The notes beneath the pieces are model-generated. The model saw only the letters and a program-made list of their open reading frames with translations, was not told where the DNA came from and made no database searches. 64,000 nucleotides of DNA. It comes from a virus. Lineage: Duplodnaviria; Caudoviricetes. The first letter of the stretch is position 1. Every line of letters starts with the position of its first letter. Where the stretch lies: positions 1 through 64,000 of the IMG/VR virus record IMGVR_UViG_3300021399_000115; one strand, written 5' to 3'. Below, piece after piece: positions 56,080 through 64,000 of this stretch. A program made the translations under genes and the position numbers.

Positions 56080-56499
56080 TCAGAACGGAAGTTCTTCTTC
56101 GACAGTATCCGGAATGTTCATAAAACCGTTCATGTCCGGAGTTGTCGGCTGCGACGGAGCCGTAGCTGTTGCACCTTTGCTTGCAACAAATTCGGCATCA
56201 TCAACATATACATCCGTGGTATAGACTTTGATTCCATCTTTGTTTGTGTAGCTACCGGTTCTAATGTTTCCGCTGATCCCGATAGGATCGCCCTTGTGGA
56301 ACCACTTGGAGATAAACTCTGCTGTCTTTCCGAAGGCTACGCAACCAATAAAATCTGCGTCATACTGCCCAGTTTCTTTATTTTTAAATTTTCTATTAAC
56401 GGCAACCGTGAAACGACAATTTGCATTTGCGTTTTCTCCAGTAGAGTATCTCACTTCTACGTCCTTCGTAATTCTACCAACAAGATCAACTTTATTCAT
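56080..56499 (-). CDS. ssb: Single-stranded DNA-binding protein
   Basis: MNKVDLVGRIT, ADFI.CVAFGKTAE and C-terminal EELPF. Confidence 0.95.
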   Translation of the reverse strand: MNKVDLVGRITKDVEVRYSTGENANANCRFTVAVNRKFKNKETGQYDADFIGCVAFGKTAEFISKWFHKGDPIGISGNIRTGSYTNKDGIKVYTTDVYVDDAEFVASKGATATAPSQPTTPDMNGFMNIPDTVEEELPF

Positions 56500-56531
56500 A
56501 ATATCTATTCTCCTTTAATAATTAATTTGTT

Positions 56532-56550
56532 GGGCGGATTTGCTCCGCCC
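56532..56550. terminator. GC-rich hairpin
   Basis: GGGCGGA-TTTGC-TCCGCCC between the AAA ATPase and ssb. Confidence 0.45.
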
Positions 56551-56577
56551 GTATGTGAGTGATGGATTTGTTAATGG

Positions 56578-57516
56578 TTACTGCGCAAGAGCCTGGAGTT
56601 TAGTCAGAAGCTCCTTTGCTTTATTAATATCTCTGATGGCATTAGGGTTGCCACTCGGAGCATATTCCTTAATCGTGGTCATAACGGCTTCATTACCAGA
56701 CCCGCCGGCTGCTTTGGCAGCGTTGATGATTTCGGTTTTAACGGCTTTGAGATCGTCGGCAGAAGCCATTGCTACATCAGCGGATTTCTGGATAACGGGT
56801 TTCGGAGCTGGAATGGTACCAACTTCGCACCAGTCATAAAGTGCCTCCCCATCCTTTGCGGTAATCACAGAATATCTGGTTTCTGGCCATAAATTCGTAT
56901 TGTCCTTGTCAGAATGGGCTAAATGAGTATCCTGTTCAATCTGTAGTGACAGCATGACCTCATAAGAAATGTCCTTATCCGTCTGACTTCCCATTCCTAC
57001 CTTTCTCGGAACGGATTTACCGTTTCTTTCTTCCAGGAGCCACTCGTCCTTACCTCTTGCACAGCAAATAATATGCATCGGAGCGCTAAGAATTTTATCA
57101 AGAAGTGCGCGGTGCTTGGGCTTGAGCCGGCCCCAATTAGTAAACGAATTCCCAGGCATCTTATCATGGGTATCATTTAGCCATTTCCATTCTGCACTAA
57201 GACCGTCAATAATACACACCTGATAACCCTCGTCAACCGCCTCGTCAATAGCTGCTATATATTTATCAGTTGTAAAAGGATCACTCAACTGAAGCAAATC
57301 ATATTCAAATGTATAATCTCCATGTTTTGATTTTGTCTGAGCATATAATTTATCTCGGTCACCTTCTGTCCCAATGTATGCAATACCTGGGCCACCACAC
57401 TTTCTATAAATTCCCGTTGCTAGTTCACAAGCACTCAGACTTTTTCCGGCTCCACTCGGACCGGAAAGAAGCACCTTAGCCTTAACTTTTTCACGTACAG
57501 CTTTTACAAATGCCAT
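56578..57516 (-). CDS. AAA ATPase, Sak4-like recombinase
   Basis: GPSGAGKS, IIDGLS.EW, NSFTNW and KDNT; next to ssb. Confidence 0.85.
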   Translation of the reverse strand: MAFVKAVREKVKAKVLLSGPSGAGKSLSACELATGIYRKCGGPGIAYIGTEGDRDKLYAQTKSKHGDYTFEYDLLQLSDPFTTDKYIAAIDEAVDEGYQVCIIDGLSAEWKWLNDTHDKMPGNSFTNWGRLKPKHRALLDKILSAPMHIICCARGKDEWLLEERNGKSVPRKVGMGSQTDKDISYEVMLSLQIEQDTHLAHSDKDNTNLWPETRYSVITAKDGEALYDWCEVGTIPAPKPVIQKSADVAMASADDLKAVKTEIINAAKAAGGSGNEAVMTTIKEYAPSGNPNAIRDINKAKELLTKLQALAQ

Positions 57517-58651
57517 TTAATCATTCTCCTTTACTCATTCATCATATTTAATCAACAGATACATCAAATCTTCCAAAGCGGAAGCTTTTCCTCGATAGAA
57601 ATCTCGTTCTTTATCGGAGATGCTCTCATCGTATTTAATAATTTTTTCATATAGTGCTTTTCTCCTACCTAACTCAAGTTTTATCTCGTTTGTCTTGTCG
57701 CTCATATTTACCTTCATATTTGTTCTTGCACCAGGGCTTATCGTCATCCTCAACAAAATATCCCAACAGATCGCAAAGTCCACACTCATTATTCACACAG
57801 TTACCGCAAGTAATTTCCATAGTCTTTACCCCATTATCCGACATAAACTCCACTCCAGACTGCAACCGCTAATATTAATACTCCAATGATCTTAATCACC
57901 ATCATAATCATACTCATCAGGTTTAATGTTACCAATTGCCTTATATACGCCTTGCATAACATCGTCAAATGCTTCGTTATATATTTGATTTAACACATCT
58001 TTTTTAACCTTGGATGCTTTCCCATCGTAGTATCCTCGCCTATAACTCGGATACATCATAAAGAACGTAAACACAGACCCCACAATAAGTCCAATAGCTC
58101 CAGCCCCCAGATAAATCATAATTTCTTGTCCTCGTCGTACTCATCCCACAAAAATAAACATATTCCCAACACATGTGCGGTAGCCAACATCATAACCGCC
58201 GAAACCATCAGTGAATTCATTCCCAAACTACACATAATTGCTGTAACGTCTACTAATAGTGCAACTACCAAGACAACCATTGTTAGCTTACTCAATATCG
58301 ACATTAGGCTCCTCATCATCAGGTACTCCCCATCGTTTACGCTGCTCTGCCCAGCATTTGTCACAATCCTCATTTGATGCACCGAAACAACCACGGCAAT
58401 TTGGATGCCAGTATGCTTCTTCGGCATCATCAGCATTACTTGCTGCAATCAGTAAACAGTACATTCCGATTGTGTTTATTGCACATAAGATTGTTACTAC
58501 TATTAATAACTTAATCATCAGAACTCTCGTTCAGCCTCCCCATAAGTAATCCCAATTCTCCACTAGTTACGCTCGAGTAGACTAACCCAAATAACAACAA
58601 TCCCATAGTTGTGATAACAATTACTCCCATGGTGGACTCCTCCCGTTTGCA

Positions 58652-58727
58652 TTTAATAATTAATTGCTACTCTAAGAGTATAGCACGTTGCTTTCTGTTT
58701 TGCAATACCTAAATTTAATAATTAATT
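58652..58727 (-). promoter_or_regulatory. Sigma-A promoter flanked by two AATTAATTATTAAA boxes
   Basis: TTGCAA (58705-58700), 17 bp, TG-extended TATACT (58682-58677). Confidence 0.8.
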
Positions 58728-60402
58728 ATATTCTTTTTCACGGACAAGGATGATAATCCAAATGATGATTAATAATATCGGCAGCATTATATTCCTCCTT
58801 ATCCCAATAATATTTTTGCAAACTCTTTCGGTGACGTATTCTTAACAACATAATCCGGTATGGTTACACTTTTTAAACAAAGTGAAATCTCATCTATTGA
58901 TAAAGCACCGATTCTTGTTAAATATCTTAGCAGAACCGTTAATTCTGCCATAAGTTCTGTTGTAGTTCCTTCTATAGCAATACCATCTTTTGCGTTTATT
59001 GATATCATTTTTCTCCTCCTAAATAATCCAGTTCATAATTCATCAGTTCTTCCATAGTTAATGGTCTCTCATACGTAAGGATATCATAATACCGACCACT
59101 CGGGTCATTTTCTCTTCCAATAAAACCATCTTTTGGTTGGCATCCCGGCGAAAATCCGCGCAGTCTCATTCCGTACTTATAAACGCTCATTGTTCGTCAC
59201 CTACCTCCAATTGCTTCTTTGTCAGCAGAGTTCCGTCCGCATTGTATGCAGGAGTGATAGCTGTTCCATGAGTGACATTGCAAACCACATAAACAACTCC
59301 TGTTATATTGTCGATTAAATGATATTGTTCTGAACTCCAAATGCTACTCTCATATATTGTGAATCCAGAACGGCTTCCCGTATCCGCTTCCATTTCAGAG
59401 CATCCCACGAAGCATAGCGTTAATATCACCGCAATGGTCAGTATTATTCGTTTGATATGTTTGCTCATTGTGTGTCCCCGTCCTCCCGCTCACGCCATAA
59501 CGGACAATTATATCTAATCGGATCGTACCATTTTGGCTTTACTTCACAGTCTTTAATTCCGCAATCATTACAATTTGGCATATTTATGATTCTGCGGTAT
59601 GCCAATATGCAATCTGTAATATGCTTCAAATCTGTAAAGATATCGTCTAGTTCGCTCATCTGTCACCATTCCCTTCCTTCAAATTCGGATAATACTCGAT
59701 AACATCTCCGTTATCTAACCAAATAGTTATCCCGGGTTTCCCGTCCGCAAAAATTTCATGACATATCGGTCTGTAATCAGCAACATGAGCAAACGGGAAT
59801 GTATCATTAAATCGGTCGAGGACATCGTTAAATGTAATATCTTTCATTTATTCTTCCCCTTCCTTCAACATCTCCGCACCACAGTTCGGGCAGAAATCAT
59901 AATCTCCATTGCAAATGCAAATCTCCCCGCAAGCTGTGCAGTGAAAGTTTCCAAAACCACCGTAGTCCAAGTATTCCCACCGCCCTATCTTGCGTTCGAG
60001 CTGTGCGGAGGGCAAGGCTTTAAGGACATCTTCGCACCGCCCAAAAACGCCTCGCAATTCAAAACACGCATCGCTTACGGCATCAATAGCGGCTTGTCTG
60101 CTGATTAAGTCACTCATAAATTCACCTCTCCATTTTTGCACCGCAATGATAACAGAAGAAATTTCTGTATTTCTCATTGATATCTATCATCGCTCCACAT
60201 TCCGAACACTTACACATAGTTTTAAGCCAATCGCCATCATATCCGACCCACTTCCCTGTCTTCCGCTCTGGCAGTGCGGATGGAATGTTCTCAACGATTG
60301 ATATTGCCACTCTTAACCCATCCCAATCATCTACCTTATCCGTGCATCTGTATTCAGTATCAAGTGCTTTGATTACTTCTTTTCGACTTATCAATTCGTC
60401 CA

Positions 60403-60648
60403 TCATTTTACTTTTCCTCGATTCCAAGCATTTGTCGCTTCTTCCATTGAACCATAATGTTCTGTCCTTGCTCTACAGTCTCGCTTCGTACATTCTGCCG
60501 TATAATCAACGCCATCAACCTTGACATGGTAATCCCTTGCAAAGCCCTCGTTGTAAATATGGAATAGTTTCACAATTCCTTCACTACCACAAACAGGGCA
60601 AGGCCTTAATCCATCTATTGTCAACATTTCATTCTCCTTCCGGCTCAT
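60403..60648 (-). CDS. Lar-like zinc-ribbon protein
   Basis: LRPCPVCG...C..C...EEATNAWNR. Confidence 0.65.
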   Translation of the reverse strand: MSRKENEMLTIDGLRPCPVCGSEGIVKLFHIYNEGFARDYHVKVDGVDYTAECTKRDCRARTEHYGSMEEATNAWNRGKVK

Positions 60649-61478
60649 ACCTCGTCAGCTTTTCGAGCAAGTCGGTCTTTACATACAGGTCAGTGCCGAC
60701 GATTTCAAACTCACCAAACATCCTTCTTTCTTGCCCGAGTTCCAAGATAAATTTGTCCCCTGGCTTGAAATTGGTCTTTCCGACATCCATGACGGTGACA
60801 TTTTGCTGTTTATACTCTCTCAGTTCCTTCAGCCATTCTGCAAGCTGTCGATGCTCTGCGGCACATTTACCCGACTTGCAAGCTATCTCTTTTTCTACCC
60901 TATCATCAAGGTCACAACCGCGAGCTGATTCTTCCAACAGTTCAGCTTGCTCTTCCGCATGAATAATAGCTTCATCTAACGTCATATCATTCACTCCAAT
61001 CGCTTTTATCGACATTGTTGTCGGTACCATCATCTCGACTCATCCGTGACCTAATGTAATTTTTCCACCATTCATCGCTACTATTCATTTCAGATTCACC
61101 ATCCTCTGACAGCTCTTCCGAAGCCATAGTGATGGAAAATGATCCTTCAATCATATCAATTGCCTGCCGCAATCTACAATCTGGATTGCATTGCCCACAA
61201 TGCTCCATCAGATAGCACCCATCACACAATTTTTTCGCTTTAGTAAGGATTTCTTGTTTATCCAATAATTCTCTCATTTTAGGTCGTCCTCCAATTTGAT
61301 AGCATCCTTCAATGCATATGTAGCAACTCCTAATGCCTGGATTAACAACCTATTCATAGCATCCAAATCTTCTGCGTATGCAACCGGACAACCGACACAG
61401 TTATCATATTTTTCGCAGCTATCCATTCGGTATATTTGACATTCAATTTCTTTTGTAAGGACGCGGAGTGCTTCTACT

Positions 61479-62099
61479 TTATCCATTAGTTATCTCCTTA
61501 ATATATGGAAGGTCTTTGAGGATGGTTACGAAGTTTCTCCATTCAGAAAGTTTATGTCCGGAACGCTGATGTATCATTGTAATAACATTTTCGTAGTTCA
61601 TATCAATTGTTCTTCGATAATTATATGACATAGGTAAGCCCTGGATAAGAGATCTCCAGTTTTCCTCGGTCTTGTCCTCGAGATAATTTAGTCTACGTTT
61701 TTCATTATGTTCTACAATTGCATTTGCTTCTTCCAGATTCATATCTTCCAGCGAAAAACAATCAATTGTTAGCGGTTTACTCGTCAGCTTATGCATTGTA
61801 GAAGTGGAACTCTCCGTAACTCCAACGCGGTAGGTATCAAATTCCTTGAAAAAATAATCTGGAGCAGTAATATCCATACTTACATGAATCATTCTCAAAT
61901 ACTTGCGGTGTTCCGGACCGGCTTTATATAACCTTCTCATTAAATCCAGGTCTTTCTCTCCGATTACAAACTTGGTTGTGTTGTTAGCGTAATCAGTTTC
62001 CATATGGCTGTCAGATTTGGACCAACTATTGAGCGGATTGCGCATCCCTCTAATTGCTCCTTCGAAGTTAAACACTTCAATGTTTTCTACTTTTATCAA
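61479..62099 (-). CDS. ThyX-like (flavin-dependent thymidylate synthase family) phage protein
   Basis: AIRGMRNP, HRKYLR, EFDTY, STSTMH and QRSGHKLSEW; TTG start at 62099 after GAGGT. Confidence 0.7.
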   Translation of the reverse strand: MIKVENIEVFNFEGAIRGMRNPLNSWSKSDSHMETDYANNTTKFVIGEKDLDLMRRLYKAGPEHRKYLRMIHVSMDITAPDYFFKEFDTYRVGVTESSTSTMHKLTSKPLTIDCFSLEDMNLEEANAIVEHNEKRRLNYLEDKTEENWRSLIQGLPMSYNYRRTIDMNYENVITMIHQRSGHKLSEWRNFVTILKDLPYIKEITNG

Positions 62100-62149
62100 T
62101 TGGTTTACCTCACTTTTAATAAGTTGTTTTTTTGTTGTAATTACTAGAA

Positions 62150-62221
62150 CAGGGAGTATAGGTGCTGCCCCTATGTACCCAGATTCAAGGTCTGGTTCAC
62201 TAGCTGTTGTGATAACCCCCC
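62150..62221 (-). tRNA. tRNA-Gln(TTG), atypical
   Basis: Cloverleaf GGGGGGT/ACTCCCT, TCAC/GTGA, CCAGA-CCTTGAA-TCTGG, ATAGG-GGCAGCA-CCTAT. Confidence 0.7.
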
Positions 62222-62648
62222 CTAAATTTCTCAAACAAGGCCGTGTTCCACGAAATTAATTTGCGCATCGTGCGGGGTTGATTAAGCCAAAAACCCGTCT
62301 TATGGCACCTTGCTTAAGATTGCATGTGGCGAGAAAATACCCTCGCCACAAAACCTCACTTTAAGTTATTTCATTTCTGTTTCTGTTAAGTAATATTGCA
62401 ATGCTCGTCTTTCCGAGCCGTCGGGGTTTTGTAACGAAAGTTACGGGATAAAAAGCTGTTTGATCAATCACATAGTTACAAGTACGTACTTCCCAGTCTT
62501 TCCCAGGTGTCACCAGTTTTTGACAGCTATGTCCTTCGCATATTATTCTGTCACGTGCATCAGACATGTGTGGAATATGTCATTTTGCCTTTCTGCTTTC
62601 GCTTATCTTATCCACAATCAGATAAGCCGGAATCCTGGACAACCATGA

Positions 62649-62721
62649 TATCCGCAGGCCGATTCGAACAACCACTTCCCGTCGGCGGACGGGACGTACT
62701 CACCAATTATACGATACGGAT
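62649..62721 (-). tRNA. tRNA-like gene, anticodon not assignable
   Basis: ATCCGTA/TGCGGAT acceptor, D-loop AATTGGTGA, T-loop TTCGAAT; anticodon arm TCCCGTC-CGCC-GACGGGA. Confidence 0.7.
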
Positions 62722-62786
62722 AACCAATTACACATGTGCTTTCACTATTTCGGACAGCTTGTACTTCACCGACCTACTTTAGCTAG

Positions 62787-62879
62787 TGGGAACGGCAAGA
62801 TTTGAACTTGCATCTCTTTTGCGCTAAAGTGTTTTACCATAAGGATTTATTTTTTGGCACCTTATTAAACTACGTTCCC
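62787..62879 (-). tRNA. tRNA-like gene with D-loop insertion and shortened anticodon arm
   Basis: GGGAACG/CGTTCCC acceptor, GTTT/AAAC D-stem with inserted ATAAGG..CCTTAT hairpin, GCAAG-TTCAAAT-CTTGC T-arm. Confidence 0.7.
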
Positions 62880-62883
62880 TTAT

Positions 62884-63250
62884 TATTGCGGCTATATCAG
62901 CCTCGTACAATTCGCTGGGTCAAATAAGCGATACCCATAAACTTTGATCGAGGATTTTATCGAAAATTAATAAATGAATTCCCTAAGCCCTACATAAAAA
63001 GAATTCTAAATTCTAAATCGCCACATCACCAGTGGCATCCACTAAACAATAATCAATGATAACTGAGCGCTTAAGCCAATTTACATTTGATTTCTCATCC
63101 CATCAGCATTGCAATATTGATGCTGCTCATATGAGAAAACACTGTATAATATCATATCGCTTCATCTCGATATTATGATGTTTTAAATGGAGCCGGGATA
63201 ACCCTCCCGGCGAGGGGCTTAAGTTTGCGAATTTCGATATAGTCGCAATA
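62884..63250 (-). ncRNA. Putative 367-nt structured ncRNA with heptad repeats
   Basis: 15-bp closing stem TATTGCGACTATATC/GATATAGCCGCAATA, nested AATTCGC/GCGAATT and AAACTT/AAGTTT pairings, several hairpins. Confidence 0.7.
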
Positions 63251-63263
63251 GATTATTTAATAA

Positions 63264-63897
63264 TTAAAAATCAATTTCTATTGTAGTCAGAGCATTCGAC
63301 ACATTCAGCTTCGTATCAACCTCTGCTTCAAACGCGTCAATTCTGGACTCCAACTCAGCAATTTTCTTCTCAATATCGAGCGGATCGACAATGGCAAATT
63401 CCCTTTGCTTTCTATACGGCGCTGTAAAGGCTTCTATGTCAACTTTGTCAATTTTTTGCTTATTGTCTCCGGAAAGCTGTGTTTCGATCAATCTGTCGCA
63501 CTGAGCGTCCACTTTTGCGTTCTCACGAGCAACGGTGGAAACAGCCGAATCAAACTGCTCTTTCATCGCATAGAGGAATCTTTTGTCATACTCAATCGAA
63601 CTCTTCTTTTCTATAGCAGCTGCGACAGTCATCGTTACTCCGCCGATTTCTACCTTAGTAATTGCGTTAGAATTGACAATTGCACTCTTGAGAGCATCTC
63701 GGTTATCAATCATAGCCGTGATAGAATCAAACGAGGACTGTGCATCATTCTCGTAAGCTTTCCTTTTTCTTGTGACCGATTAAATCCGAATTCTTCTTGG
63801 CTGCTCCGACAAATTCGGCACGACCGATTGCCTTATAAATTTTGTCGTCATAGAGTTTCAGTTCTTTCAATGCTTCTGTTACTGTAATTTTTCTCAT
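63264..63897 (-). CDS. Coiled-coil protein (resembles DIP1984/DUF6847-like family); one-base frameshift near 63760
   Basis: MRKITVTEALKELKLYDDKI... joins ...KEAYENDAQSSFDSITAMIDNRDALKSAIVNSNA... if one A is removed from AAGGAAAGC; C-terminal EVDTKLNVSNALTTIEIDF. Family name is from recall and unverified. Confidence 0.6.
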
Positions 63898-63943
63898 AGT
63901 TAATTCTCCTTTGTTTAATAAATGAATTTACATGATTCCTTAG

Positions 63944-64000
63944 CTGAAGCGGTACGATTCGAACATACATCTTCTCGATTGGCGCCGAGACGTTTTACCA
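63944..64000 (-). tRNA. Partial tRNA/tRNA-like gene (5' end outside the window), irregular anticodon loop
   Basis: TGGTAAAAC G TCTCG-GCGCCAAT-CGAGA AGAT GTATG-TTCGAAT-CGTAC CGCTTCA. Confidence 0.65.

Larger units (their letters stand above)
57535..61486 (-). other. Second run of small hypothetical phage genes
   Basis: Short overlapping minus-strand ORFs, many with CxxC zinc ribbons (DLISRQAAI-type family). Confidence 0.8.

Noticed and set aside
62100-62234. N-terminal extension of the ThyX-like ORF
   Set aside because: It overlaps the tRNA-Gln; a better start (TTG at 62099 with GAGGT RBS) exists.
62530-62640. Hammerhead ribozyme
   Set aside because: CTGATGC and CTGATTG do not match the CUGANGA core in the required arrangement with GAAA.
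63750-63775. Programmed -1 frameshift in the coiled-coil gene
   Set aside because: Restoring the frame requires removing one base (+1), and there is no perfect slippery heptamer; an indel or sequencing error in an A-rich run is more likely.
529-63887. Plus-strand ORFs in the ORF track
   Set aside because: Nearly all are antisense shadows of minus-strand genes or ncRNAs, with no recognisable motifs.

Overview
A 64-kb segment of a large, AT-rich phage (or prophage) genome, most likely infecting a Firmicute (Clostridia/Lachnospiraceae-like sigma-A promoters and GGAGG ribosome-binding sites). Essentially all real genes lie on the minus strand. Recognisable genes: class III ribonucleotide reductase (truncated by the window edge), glutaredoxin, formate/nitrite channel, HPr-like proteins, NAD-dependent ligase, a non-autonomous IscB/omegaRNA element, a PurA-like/vWA module, a fragmented C5 methyltransferase, WGR-PARP plus macrodomain, ERCC4 nuclease, a replication block (DnaE, primase, DnaB, SSB, Sak4-like ATPase, two homing endonucleases), a ThyX-like gene and a tRNA/tRNA-like cluster. 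Structure not explained by these genes: (1) more than 20 copies of an 18-bp palindrome ATNAAA-N6-TTTNAT at gene junctions across 10-36 kb, suggesting a gene-cassette array; (2) non-coding RNAs sitting in that array that carry cargo inside known scaffolds: a 23S rRNA GTPase-centre (L11-site) mimic and two tRNA-elbow mimics; (3) a 367-nt structured RNA with 7-nt periodic repeats downstream of a coiled-coil gene; (4) tRNA-like genes with non-canonical anticodon arms; (5) a C5 methyltransferase split into catalytic parts and several stand-alone target-recognition mini-genes; (6) near-absence of TAG stops together with in-frame TAG in two conserved genes; (7) a 14-bp box flanking most promoters. 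All calls come from reading the sequence by eye; no database searches or folding programs were run.
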